A DNA stretch of 64,000 nt, from assembly GCA_951406725.2 (NCBI GenBank), contig OX597831.1:43028001-43092000 (forward strand), written 5' to 3'. Source of the DNA: Octopus vulgaris. Lineage: Eukaryota. Positions 24,378 to 38,082 of the stretch are shown piece by piece (position 1 is the stretch's first letter; every line of letters begins with the position of its first letter). The notes beneath the pieces are model-generated. The model ran no database searches. It worked only from the letters and a program-made list of their open reading frames with translations, and was not told the origin of the DNA. A program made the position numbers and the translations under genes.

Positions 24378-24620
24378 TCATCATCATTATTATCGTTTAA
24401 CGTCCGTTTTCCATGCTGGCATGGGTTGGACAGTTTGACTGGGGACTGGCAAACCAGGAGGCTGCACCAGGCTCCAATCTGATCTGGCAAGGTTTCTACA
24501 GCTGGATGCCCTTCCTAATGCCAACCACTCCAAGAGTGTAGTGGGTGCTTTTTATGCACCACCAGAATGGGAGCACTGGCATCGGCCACACTCGGATGGT
24601 GCTTTCTACATGCCACCAGC
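24378..24620 (-). mobile_element. RTE LINE 3' tail
   Basis: (ATC)n tail plus CTGGATGCCCTTCCTAATGCCAACC. Confidence 0.8.
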
Positions 24621-25927
24621 AAAGTGCTTTTATAAATTGGGTCCAATTATTAAATAGTAACATCTCTCACTCTAACTATCTGCATGCATACATTTCTGCA
24701 CATGTGTAGGTTTATATGTATGTTTGTCTCCAGTACCAGAGAGTACTGTCACCAAAACAGGTTCAATATCCAGTCAGCCATGCCAAATCACCAGCGTCCA
24801 AGCTATTATATCCATTGTCTCATTCCACAGGGATGGACATTAAAAGATATTCAAACATGTAGAAAAATCTACTGAGGCAGATATGATCAATTACATCCTT
24901 TTGTAAGCCTCATTTATTGCCTGATTTAATACCACCATCACATAGAGGGTTATGGGCACCTTTAATCTGTCATACAAATTTGGATCAACCATTTATTTCT
25001 CATAGACATAGATCTGCAGATGGAGCATAAGCAGCATTAGTCTCACCTGTCAAGAAGAGACTCCAACTCATAGCCACATGGTCAAGAATTGGGCAGGAGG
25101 ATAACTGGTTTTTGAAGTAGAGAAGGTGGAAGCTTTTTGCTTGATTACTCTTTTACTGCTTTCATTCATTGGACAGCACTTATGCTGGGACACCGCCTTC
25201 ATGGTACCTAATGCTATACTTTACCAAATGGTTAATTTATACAAGAGCTATATACTTTGTTGTTGGAGTGGATATGAGTACAGATTTATACACAAGGGAA
25301 CACATGCATACACACAGACCTGCAGAAAGGATATAAACTGTGAAAATCCCACCTGCCTGGAAGAGACTGTAAAGTGCATGGTTATCATCTCCCATCTATA
25401 GCCATGTAGCTGAGAAGTTCACTTAGAAATCATGTGGGTTTGAGTTCAATCTCATTGCATAGTACTTGAGGAAGTGTCTGTAACGATAGCTTTCACATAA
25501 ACCCAAGCCTTGCTAGTGATATTTATTATATAGAATCCTTTTTGGAATCCATCATATGCTGGACCCCTAACTGTACCTGTTATTTAGATGGTGTAATTCA
25601 TCAGTCATGCCCTTTAATGGGAGCATATCTAGCCCACCCTGCCATGTCTCATTTACAGGTGTTCACAAAATGATATAAGCTTCCCAATACAGCAACCCAT
25701 AAATCAGGATTTCTTTCTCTTCCATTTTTCCTATTTTACCAGTTTCTGAGGTCCTGCAAAGGTTAAAGGTGCTGACCTTCCTCCTCTGAGGTATAAAACT
25801 TAAATTATATCAAGCTGGTCTTCTGTCTAGTCAAAGGGAAATTAAATAAATTTTTCAGAATGTGAGAATTAAATAAATGTGTGTATGTGTGTGTAAAGAG
25901 AGAGAGAGAGAGAGAGATACACATATG

Positions 25928-25959
<32 letters not shown>

Positions 25960-26582
25960 CAGAGAGGGAGAGAGAGGGGGGAGAAAGAGAGCATAATATG
26001 CATAATGATATAGTTGCCCTTTACACACCAAATTAATAAATGTCATTGTTCATAAAAATATACATCCTGACAGAAACCTTCCCTATCACTAAATTTAGAA
26101 CATACACTAATATATATATTTATATTCACACACACACATACTTAGACTAATATACACATACAATGAAATGAGCACTTATATGCACACATATACACACTAA
26201 AACAAAACTATACACAGCCAACAACTCGTAATGCCTTATGAATGTATTTGGTAGATGGAAACATCATGTGTGTATGTGTATGTGTGTGTGTGTTCACCAT
26301 CACTTGGCAATCGGTGTTGGTTTGTTTACATTCCCAGAACTTGGTGGTTCATTAAAAGAGACTGATAAATACTAGACTCTTGAACAAAAAAAAATAAGTA
26401 TTGGAGTTGATTTGAACTGCAATGTACTGAGTGCGCGATGGGTAAACTGCAATGTATTGAGTGTGTGATGGATGAAGTGTGATATGGTGACGGATTAGTG
26501 TACAATGTCATTCCCTGTAATCTTATATGTTCTATTTTTACCTCCTTTTTTTTTTTTTGCTAGATAAGGATAACATGTAAAG

Positions 26583-26934
26583 CAGGGGTCCCCAACCTGT
26601 GGGCTGCGAACTTGTACTGAGCCATGGATCATTTGGTACCAGGTCACATGAAAAGAATAAAAGTTTTGTATTTTATTTCTATTTTATTAACTATCACAGT
26701 TTGCAGGGTGTTGTTGCATTATATCTGTAATCATTTATCTTTTTCTTACTTGTTTCAATCATTGGACTGCAGCCATGCTGGGGCACCACCTTCAGAAATT
26801 TTAGTCAAACTAATCAACCCCAGTACTTATTCTATTGGTCTCGTTTTCTGAACTGCTAAGTTATGGAGATGTAAACACACCAACACCAGTTGTCAAATGG
26901 AGAAGGGAGACAAACACAGAGACACCCACACACA

Positions 26935-26988
<54 letters not shown>

Positions 26989-27773
26989 CATACAACAGGC
27001 TTCTTTCAGTTTCCACCTACCAAATCTACTGGTTGGTCTGAGGCTATAGTAGAAGATACTTACTGAAGGTGTCATGCAGTGAAAGCAAACCTAGAAACCA
27101 AGCTTCTTTATTCCACAACCATATATATATATGTATAATATATGTAACAATTAAATTATATATTTATATAGGAAGGGCATCCAGCCGTAGAAACACTGCC
27201 CAGATTTGACTGGGCCTGATGAAGCCTTCTGGCTTCACAGACCCCAGTAGAACCGTCCAACCCATGCTAGCATGGAAAACGGACGCTAAATGATGATGAT
27301 GATGATGATGATGATATAATTTATATATATAATATATATATATATAATTTATATATATAATATATATATATATAATTTATATATATAATATATATATATA
27401 TAATTTATATATATAATATATATATATAATTTATATATATAATATATATATAATATATATATATATAATTTATATATAATATATATATATATAATTTATA
27501 TATATAATATATATATATATAATTTATATATATAATATATATATATATAATTTATATATATAATATATATAATTTATATATATAATATATATAATTTATA
27601 TATATAATATATATATATATAATTTATATATATAATATATATATATAATTTATATATATATAATATATATATATAATTTATATATATATAATATATATAT
27701 ATATAATTTATATATATAATTTATATATATATATATATATATAATATATATATATAATTTATATATATAATAT

Positions 27774-27815
<42 letters not shown>

Positions 27816-28108
27816 ATATATAATATATATATATAATTTATATATATAATATATATATATAATTTATATATATAATATATATATATATAATTTATATATA
27901 TAATATATATATATAATTTATATATATAATATATATATATAATTTATATATATAATATATATATATAATTTATATATATAATATATATATATAATTTATA
28001 TATATAATATATATATATAATTTATATATATATATATATATATATAATTTATATATATAATATATATATATATAATTTATATATATAATATATATATAAT
28101 ATATATAT

Positions 28109-28161
<53 letters not shown>

Positions 28162-28269
28162 ATTATATGCACTTCATTGTGTTTTATTATGTTTGTGATC
28201 CCCTGGTCCCTGGAAAAAATGTCTCGCATGAAACTCATCTATGGTGCAAAAAAAGCTTAGGGACCGCTG
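26583..28269. mobile_element. hAT (Charlie/MER1-like ends) non-autonomous element containing a nested SINE, an RTE tail and an AT array
   Basis: TIRs CAGGGGTCCCCAACC / GCTTAGGGACCGCTG; 8-bp TSD ATGTAAAG (26575-26582) / ATGTAAAA (28270-28277). Confidence 0.8.
27314..28168. repeat. ~850-bp pure A/T minisatellite [(AT)nAATTT(AT)nA units]
   Basis: No G or C seen across the array. Confidence 0.95.
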
Positions 28270-28976
28270 ATGTAAAAGGAAGATTGACTAGTATTTCTAG
28301 CTAGTTGGTTAGCCATGAAGAGGCTCCTGCTGACCATTTTTCTTAATTTGTTATTTTTTTTCTTCTACTATTGCTGTGTGTTAGATGACAAAGGAATGCA
28401 ACAAGTGGCTGTCAGATTTATTTTGATTCCTGTGGGTAAAAGTAAATGTATGATGATGATGATGATGATGATAACATTAGTGATGTTGTGGAAGAGCATG
28501 TCCTTGAATGTTAGTTTAATCTAGTTTAGTTGCTAGCGACTGGGTTATGTTCCTGTCTAACAATTAAGCTAATTATCACAGAAATTCCACAACTGTCAAA
28601 CTGACTTAGTTCCATGGTGCATTAACCATCAGGAAAGACACCATATATTAACTTGTTGAATTTGTGCAAATTTTCATTGCATACGACTGATGACCTTTCT
28701 GTTATTATTATACGCAGAACCAGTTTGGATCACGAGGGATTAATGTGAAAACAACAAGAAAATCTATTTTTCAACAGTGACACAATGAAGGCGGTGGCAG
28801 TGTATTTGTTCTTGTTTAGCCCCAGGTCAGCCCTGATCAAGTAAAATATAACTAAAAGCATTCTAAATGTTACCATCTCTCTTTCACTCAGATTCAGTGT
28901 CTCTAGGCCCACATTATCCAGTGACCAGCTGATTTAACAGAGAGGAGTTGCATCCAGATAAAATCTCCAAGTGATA

Positions 28977-29183
28977 CCCTTTAGTGTTTAAACCAGCCAT
29001 ATATTCTACCTGTTTTATGTTCAAACTGGCCAGATCTGGCCTCTCACACCTACCTTGCAATGTCATTTTTAAAATAGACAACCACAACATTGATATCTCA
29101 AATCCACAAGATAATGTGAGATTAATTCAAAACAATGTGAATAAACAAACATTACACTTGACAATAATCTGAATGCTAAAGGG
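28977..29183. mobile_element. piggyBac-like MITE
   Basis: CCCTTTAGTGTT ... AATGCTAAAGGG|TTAA. Confidence 0.7.
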
Positions 29184-29419
29184 TTAAATGCACAAGTCTC
29201 TGATAGCCAAGTGGTTAAAAAGTGTCAGCAGAAGGGCATCAATGAGTCATGACCCAGATACAGCCCGGCCCCTTTAAAGTGTAAGAAGTTAAGGGCCAAA
29301 ACACTTGCCTGAGAGGGGTTTCTTCTCTGAAGACCTTCTGGTGTTCAGCTCTCTTGAGAGTTCCTTACCACTGCCAGCTCACTGCTTTATAATAATAATA
29401 ATAATAAAAATAATAATGA

Positions 29420-30421
29420 ATAAGAAGTTAAGTGAATAATGATTTCTGATAGAAAAACTAGGAAGGTAATGGCTATGCATGAGTGTCTTCATATTAGAAG
29501 TAAGATAGCAAGGCTTTACTTACCTAGGACGGAAGATGGAAGAGGATTGATTGGAATAGAGGATAGTGTTGTGAATGAGATTGAGTCCTTACATGCCTAT
29601 CTGAGGAATAGTCATGAAAGAATGTTGCAGGATACACTGGGTGAGAAGGTGATCAATGACAATGGTGAAACTCTCCAGGAGTACAATATCAGGACTAATA
29701 GAGAAAAGATCATCAAGTGGAATGAGAAAGTCCTACAGGGAGACTTCTTCCAACAAACATTGGATGAAGCTGATGAAGAATCCTGGAGATGGTTAAGACG
29801 GTTCTATTAATGAAGGAGACAGAACTGATCGTTGCTATCATGAACAAGCTTTATGAACTAACTCAATGAAGTGTAGTATTGATATGACAGCAGTATCAAC
29901 TTTGTGCAGACTATGTGGAAAACCATCTGAGACAGTTAGACTACTAGTTGATGCTCAAAAGTAGCCCAAAATGAGTACAAAAACACCATGACAAAGTAGC
30001 AGTGTGAATACATTGGGAGTTGGGCAAGAAGTATAGGGTAGAATGTTCCAACATGTGTTATGAGTACCAACTCTTGCCATTAGCAGAGAATGATCAGGTG
30101 AGGCTCACATGGGATATGCCAATATATACACATACCAAAAGCTGCAACATAACTCACCAGATATCACTACCTTACTGAAGGAGTCCAAAGTATGGACCTT
30201 CATCAACTTAGTTATACCTGTAGATCAGAATAATATTAAGACAGGGCAAGAAAATTGAGAAGAACCAAGACCTAGGATTGAATGTGGAAAGAATTCATAG
30301 AGCCTCAAAAGTGAGTGTGGCACCTCTTGTGATTGGTGCACTTGGGACCCTCTCAAAGAGAACAATATTCTGGCATCAAGAGCTGAAAATACGAAACTTC
30401 ATAGGAAGTATTCAGTTGGCA
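29420..30421 (+). mobile_element. Degenerate non-LTR retrotransposon with restriction-like endonuclease (R4/Dong-like), 3' portion
   Basis: DRKTRKVMAMHECLH..ARLYLPRTEDGRGLIGIED, then frameshifted LCRLCG (zinc-knuckle), HDKVA..IHWEL, LTWD, SPDI, KNQDL and PLVIGALG motifs. Confidence 0.85.
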
Positions 30422-30543
30422 ATCTCTTTTACTGAACTGCTAAGTTTCAGAGACGTAAACACACCAACATTGGTTGTCAAGCAATGGTGAAGGGACAAAC
30501 ACAAAGACACACACACACACGAATATATATACATATATATATA

Positions 30544-30705
30544 GGGAGAGTTTACGAAAACAACAACAAAAGATGAAGACAGGTGGTGTACAAAACAAAC
30601 AGATGTATTAGTATAACGCTCAGGAATAGAAAAAGTCTTTTACATTTCGAGCCTATGCTCTTCTACAGAAAGGGCCACAGAAAACAAGGAGAGAAAAAAC
30701 ATGGC

Positions 30706-30708
<3 letters not shown>
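30544..30708 (-). mobile_element. Hammerhead-bearing element (family H1) inserted in the TA tract of a family A SINE
   Basis: Minus strand: CTTT-CTGTAGA-AGAGC ATAG GCTC-GAAATGTA-AAAG. Confidence 0.65.
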
Positions 30709-30754
<46 letters not shown>

Positions 30755-33616
30755 CAAGAGGCTTCTTTCAGTTTCTGTCTACCAAATCCACACAAGGCTT
30801 TAGTCGGCCCGAGACTATAGTAGAAGACACTTGCTCAAGGTGGCATACAGTGGGACTGAGCCTGGAACCATGTGGTTGTGAAGCAAGTTTCTTACCACAC
30901 AGATATTTATATATGTGTGTATATTTTACATACACACTACAAGTTTCTTTCAGTTTGCCTTCCAAATCCACTCACAAGAATATGGTCAGTGATATGATAA
31001 AATAACAAAATCATCATAATCATCCTTTAATGCCTGTTTTCCATGTTGGCATGAGTTGGATGGTTTGACCAGAGCTGGCAAACTGCACCCAGTTCCAGTC
31101 TGATTTGGCTCAGCTTTTACATCTGGATGCCCTTCCTAATGCCAACTACTTCACAGTGTGTGCTGGGTGCTTTTAATGTGCCACTGATAATGTCTAACTT
31201 AAGCATAAGGCTAGCAATCCTGGGGAAAAAGGGTTTTTAAATTACACCAAACCCAATATTGGTTGGTACTTTGCTTTATCAACCCTAGAAAATGAAAAAA
31301 ACAAAGCTGACTTCAGTGGGGTTTGAACTCAGAATGCAAAGAGCCAGAATAAATACTGCAAAGCAGTTTATCCTCTGTTCTTATGATCACACCAATCCAT
31401 CTAGCAATAACAATAATTTTTTTTTTTTATGTAGAGTACAAAGGCAGAGATTTGCAAGGAAGGGTTGAATCAACTTCAGTGCTTGGTACTTCATTTTAAA
31501 GACCCAACACCCATTTATATGTACATAAACATGCACACACAGTCGTAGACATATGTGTGTGCACATGCATGCATGTGAATACATATATACAAGATGCAGC
31601 CAAAAAAAAAAGCCCCATGTTTTAAAGATTGACAAACATTTCAGTAACAAATGTATGGTATACACCAACACAAAACCACGATAGTAAATAAAAATGAAAT
31701 GGTAAAACATTAGCCACATGAAGACACCATTAGCACTTCCTTAACTTCACTAGTGCCACAACAATAGCCATGTAAAATAAGGGAAATTTTTCTCCAGCAT
31801 CCTATATAATTTAAAAAGGATTGTTTGGATACACTTTCTTTTTTTTGTCCTTTTTATTGCTGTTGTTCTAGATCAGCTCTGAATGAGCAGCCCAAGATCA
31901 ACAGTAAACCAGTTGTGATCACATCTTTTTTGCCAACTTGCAGGCAACTCAAGACATATTCAATATCCAATGTGTTTTTTTTTTTCTAAGAGGGTGATGT
32001 GATAATTGAGGTAGATGTGGCTGCTATTGCAGAAACCACATAAGGACTTTGTTTATTTGCTTGCCTTTCACTTTCACGGTATGCAGTTATAGGTCAACTC
32101 AGTGAAAACACGTGAGAAATGCTTGAAAGAATTCTCTAAAGAATTTGCGGGGGGGGGGGAATGGTTATTAAGAGCAAAGAGAAATTTGATGTAAGAGTAT
32201 TTAGAGAATTTTGTTTATATTTTTTTGTTTACTTTTGCTTGTTTCAGTCATTTGAATGTGGCCATGCTGGAGCACTGCCTTGAAGGGTTTTTAGTTAAAC
32301 GAATTGATCCCAGAGCTTTTTTTTTTTAGGCTTAGTACTTATTCTCCCAGTTTCTTTTGCCAAACTGTTAAGTTACGGGGACATAAACACACCAACACCA
32401 ATTATCAAGTAGTGATGGCAGGGACAAACACAAATACATACACACCCAGATATACAGGGTGCATAAGATATTTCATATTACCATTCGTTTCTTTTAGCTT
32501 TTTCTGTTCTTATTTCATCTTCTTTTGTATTTTTAAGTTCCCCGAGTTTGTCTTTGTATATGTTTGTTTTGTAATTGGACCATTCTGTATCTAGCCCCTT
32601 GTGGGTAATAAAAGAAATAGATCCTTTCCTGTGACACATTAACTATATAACTGTGGTACAGGAACTGTGGTCTCTCAATGAGCTGAGACCTCCTGATGAG
32701 CTCATGACCTCACAATGAGATTTGATGTAGCAGCTCAACCTGGACAGAGGAGGTTATAATATGACAGAAACATTTCTCGAATTGTCTCCCATATTAACTG
32801 TAATAATAAACATAATATTAGTCATTGAGTGGCATTGTTTTGAACCCCATCACATGATTATTTCTCATCAGCTTTGAACTTTTATTAACAATCCTTGTAT
32901 TAACACAAACACTAACTTTACATCTGTTATATAATTTGGTTTGGTCTATAAATTGTAGTTGGATGTGTGTGTGTGTGTGTGTGTGTGAGTGTGTGTATGA
33001 TATCAACAGCTTGTACAGTACCAGCCCTTCACACAAGGGAGGTCAGAAATATATGGACTATATATGTGCGTGTGTGAAGCACAACTACAAAGAAGAGAGG
33101 AGGGTATGTGCACCTGTAAATAGGTTAGTGAGTAGGTGTGAGGAGGGGTACAAGCATATAAGAGGGAGTGGGATGAAGGAGAAAAAAGAAAGAAAATAAT
33201 GAGTCGTCAATATTTAATACCATCCTTTTATCTATTCTTGTAGTTTCCTTCATCACTGAAGACCAGTAAATAAAACGGAACCCCCCCCCCCACCAAAATC
33301 AATCAATAAATACAATAATAAAAAATCAAAAAGAAAAGAAAACGAAAAATCTCTTCCTCCTTTTTCCTTTACATATTCTGTTTTACTCGTTTTAGTCATT
33401 TGAATGTGGCCATGCTGGAGCACTGTCCTTTAGTCAAACAAATCGCCCCCAGAATTTATCCTTTGTAAGCCTAGTACTTATTTTATTGGTCTCTTTTACC
33501 GAATGGCTAAGTTACAGGGATGTAGACATACCAACATTGGTTGTCAAGTGATGGTGGGGGGACAAACACAGACACATAAACACACACATACACACTATAT
33601 ATATATATATATATAT

Positions 33617-33822
33617 TTACTCTTTTACTTGTTTCAGTCATGTGACAGTGGCCATGCTGGAGCACCACCTTTAGTCGACCAAATCAACCCCAGGACTTAT
33701 TCTTTGTAAGCCTAGTACTTATGCTATCGTTCTCTTTTGCTGAACTGCTAGGTTACGGGGATGTAAACACACCAGCATCGGTTGTCAAGTGATGTTGTGG
33801 GGACAAACACATGGGCTTCTTT
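33617..33822 (-). mobile_element. SINE family A 3' half (tandem with the copy at ~33380-33600)
   Basis: Matches 6515-6720. Confidence 0.8.
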
Positions 33823-35281
33823 GTCATGACAAAAAGACAAGACAAGCAGATAAATGAAAATATGTAAAAATCAGGACTGGGTGGAAACCAGTACATTCAA
33901 ACAGAAATACCCTACTGAACTCATGTCTGACTGAGTTATCTCCCCTCACATCAATGTCCACTTTGTATCTCAGGAGAACAATGAAATAAATCCCAAAGTA
34001 CTAAAACTTTAGAGGAGAGTGCTCCAGCAAGGCCTTATTCCACTGACTAAAATCAGTAAAAAAAAAAAAAAAAAAACGTGACAAAATATTGGATGGATGA
34101 TAGTAAATGAAGCAAAACATAAACGCAAAATTGTGAAAATTAGTTACAGAATAATATATTAAAGCATATGAAGATTGTAATTAGAGAGAGACAGGTGGAC
34201 AGGAAATAATAAATATTAATTACTTGCATCGGAATCAATAAATAATGAGAAACGAAATAAGAACGAAGCTTGAAAGTAGGAAATAAGGAATAAATGTAAT
34301 AAGAGAGAGGGGGGGAGTAGGAGGAGGTATTTATGAATGAGAAACTCTGGCAAAATATGTAAATGGATAAATATAAAACAAAACACTTGAAACAGAGTCA
34401 GTGTTACATATGTTGGATGTTATGAGGTTTCACTATTCATAAGTTTGCACAAATGCTCACATAATATACATGTACATACACATATAGTGTGTCACATACG
34501 TACAGTTTCGTTCTTTCCTTCTCTCTCTCACACAAGCACAATCTCTCTCTTTCTCTCTCTTACTCACTCACACAGTCACAAATACAATGTTGGTCTCTCT
34601 CTAACACACAGAGTCTCTTTCTCGCTCTCTTTCATACACACATTTGCAGTCCCAGTTTCAAATGCCAAGTGTATCACACACACAGAGTTTCAAACACTTG
34701 CAAAATTAGTCCTGCACATGCACACACGTTTTCTGTTTCACACACACGTTCTCTGTTTCACACACAGTTACACTTAATCATTCATGCATGAACACGATGA
34801 TGAACAAATGGACTGATGAAACAACACAACCAATTCATGCCATCCATTTAAGCAACAATCACAACAACAACAACAACAAGATGATAATCAATGGAGGGAG
34901 ACAGGATAGCTTTGTCTTCTGTCATTGTATGTTTTATTAGTCAACCGAGTGGAAAGCAGACACACACACACACACACACAGTGCAGATGTCCACAAGTAG
35001 ACAAATGTGTAGCAAGGTGGACAGGAAAGAAAAAAAAAAAAATGAGAATATAAACAAAGGTGAAACATGGTAACATGGTACTGCTTCTTTCATATTTTTG
35101 TATATATTATCTTTTGTATAGAGGTGCAGATGAAGCTGTGGGGTAAGAAGTTTGCTTCACAACACCACAGTTCTGGGTTCAGTTCCACTGTGTGGAACCT
35201 AGGACAAGTCTCTTCTACTATAGGCTCAAACCAACCGAAGCCTTGTATGTAGATTTGGTAGAAGAAAACTGTTAGAAGCTC

Positions 35282-35314
<33 letters not shown>

Positions 35315-35921
35315 TAATCAAAGTGTACAATATTAGATAGCCATAGCAGCTGATCCAACCAATTGGTTTCACAGTAAGTATTAAATCAGATGTTAGATAA
35401 CAGCATAGTTGCATTATGTTATTTGTTGATTGAAAGCTAGCAGGTATGGAAAAAAAAAACCGTGTTGCTATTTTTTTTCTCATACCTGTCAACTCTGATG
35501 AGCACATAGTATTATAACTGTGCTATTATCTAACATCTGGTTTATTACCCAGTGCAAAACTGGGTATTAAACCACATTTACACTTGGTATTGCAAACCTG
35601 GTTTAATACCAGATTGGTAAGATTGGCTGTAAGGGATATATAATATTGTATACTTTGATTAAGATACCTATTCTATTGACAAATATACAAGTGCACATTT
35701 TTCTGACTTATGGATTCTCAGATAACTACCAGTGTTGGTTTCTTGATGTCCTCATAACTTAGTAATCTGGCAATAAGAGCTGGTAAAGTACCAGGTTTAG
35801 AAAAAGAATAAGTAATGAGGTTGATTTGTTTGACTAAACCCTTAAAGGCAATGCCCCAGCATTGCTACAGTCTAGTGACTGAAACCGATAAAAGATATGT
35901 ATATGTGTGTGTAGGGAGGGA

Positions 35922-36208
35922 GAGATAGATAGATAATTAGATAGATAGACAGACAGACAGACAGATAGCTAGAAAGACAGACAGACAGATAGATTGACTG
36001 ATAGATGGACTGATAGATAGACAGATAGATAGATAGACAGACAGATAGATAGACAGACAGATAGATAGACAGATAGATAGATAGACAGATAGATAGACAG
36101 ATAGACAGACAGATAGATAGACAGACTGATAGATAGACAGACAGAGTCAGACAGATAGACGGACAGATAGACAGACAAATAAACAGACAGATAGACAGAC
36201 AGATAGAT
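35922..36208. repeat. (GATA)/(GACA) compound microsatellite
   Basis: Seen directly in the sequence. Confidence 0.95.
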
Positions 36209-36939
36209 GTGTGTATATCATATGTATATATATACGTATATGTGTAGGATTTGTAGTTAGGAGTTACTACCCGAGATCTACTGTGTTCAGTTAGAAACAG
36301 GGCAATTTCATGTAAAACACGACTTCAGAAATTACACACAACAGTCATTCCTGAGGAGAGGTTAGGAGCTCTGACTTCAACACACACTTGACACCCCCAG
36401 CTTCCACAGTTCAGGTAGAACTACAATGTGAGTAATCCATCAAAGGTTTGCACATAATTGCTTTACATAACACTTTCTACTGTTCTCAGTACTCTTCACT
36501 GAAGTCCAGGTAGAATTGAAGAGTAAACAGTGTTTCAACAAAGCCAGGATATAAAAGCAAACTTCTTAATCATATACTCACACAGCCATGTGTGTGTCTG
36601 TACAAAGCCTTGTGAATGGATTTTGCAGAGAGAAACTGAATGAAGCCCATCATTTGTGTGTGTGTGTGTGTGTATCACCATCATGTGGCAACTGTTGTTG
36701 GTTTGTTTATGGCCCTGTAACTTTAGCAGTTTGCAAAAAAAAAAAAAACCAATAGAATAAGTACCAGGCTTCAAAAATAAAATAAAATAAAATAAAACAT
36801 ACTGGAGTCAATTCATTTGACCAAATTCTTCAAGGTGATACCCCAGCATGGCCACAGTCAAATGACTGAAACAAGTAAAAGATAAAGGGGAAATATATCT
36901 TCAATTAGTAAATTCTGTCATGAGATATCATATGAGTAT

Positions 36940-37250
36940 CAAGTCTGGTTTCAGACAAACAGACCCTACTACAAATGTTAAAAATTTTCAGGCAACCAAA
37001 AATGCCTTGGATTGAAGCAAGGTCCTGTTTACAAAGTGCTCTTGATTCTCCATATTTCAAATGCATTGTTCCATGATAGCTCACTTCTTTCCAAGCTGAC
37101 TGATTTTTCCATTGTCAGCTTCCAGTCTTTGACATTCACACAAAGAGCCTTAAGGCCATGTTTGATGATATCCCTAAAATGTTTCTTAAGTTTATGTCCT
37201 GGATGTTTACCATGTTGCAACTCAACCTAAAACAATTGCTTAGGGACCTA
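36940..37250 (-). mobile_element. Ancient RTE (BovB-like) ORF C-terminal fragment
   Basis: VPKQLF*VELQHGKHPGHKLKKHFRDIIKHGLK..DWK resembles the RTE motif PKQLLYGEL..GKR..KRFKD.LK..WE. Confidence 0.6.
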
Positions 37251-37518
37251 TCCCCCTTATCCTAGTATGGTGCCCGTATATACATATGAATGCATGTATA
37301 TCCTTTCACATTTCAACATTACTTATTTCTATCTCAACAATCTGATAAATATCTTATGAAATGGTTTGATCATCCTGTAAATATTGATTTGATATTTACA
37401 GTTGACCTTGGCATGCTTGCGAACTCACAGTATAAAAGAACATACCAGACATGGCAAAGAACTTCAGCTGCTAGTCTATCATCCTGCCAGTCCACTGTGT
37501 GTGTGTGTGATAGATGTA

Positions 37519-37558
<40 letters not shown>

Positions 37559-37710
37559 ATTAGAGGTTGTGTTAAACCTCATGAAGAGATGGTTTCATCC
37601 AAAGAAATACTGGTTCAATACTTAGGATTTTGGGGGAATCAATTTCCTTAAAATAACAGGTGTATATATATAAAAACATAGTTTATATTCATATAAAAAA
37701 AAAAGAAAAA

Positions 37711-38023
37711 GAAAATGAGATTGGGAAGTTAATAATTGTTTATTATTAACAACTAATTAATCATCTTACAGCTGTTTCAATTAATAATAAATATTAAACT
37801 TATAAGGCCTGAGCATATCTTTGGAGGAAAAAATATACTTTTGGATGTTTTATGTGTGTTTATGGATTCATTGTCTGCTATAATGAATATATATTTTTCC
37901 CTCTAAAGATATTATGCTAAAGTCATATAAATATAAAATGTATTTAATATTTACAGCTGTAAGTGAAGACGATTAATTTGGTGTTAATAATAAGCAATTA
38001 TTAACTTCCCAATCTCCATTTTC
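37711..38023. repeat. Imperfect ~310-bp palindrome between TA tracts
   Basis: Outer arms GAAAATGAGATTGGGAAGTTAATAATTG.. / ..CAATTATTAACTTCCCAATCTCCATTTTC; inner arms ATATCTTTGGAGGAAAAAATATA / TATATTTTTCCCTCTAAAGATAT. GAAACAGCTGTA lies on the minus strand at 37767-37778. Confidence 0.75.
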
Positions 38024-38034
38024 TTTTTTTTTTC

Positions 38035-38079
<45 letters not shown>

Positions 38080-38082
<3 letters not shown>

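Noticed and set aside
24074-24490. 130-138-aa ORFs on both strands
   Set aside because: They run into an RTE tail, show no recognisable domain and have no convincing splice sites.
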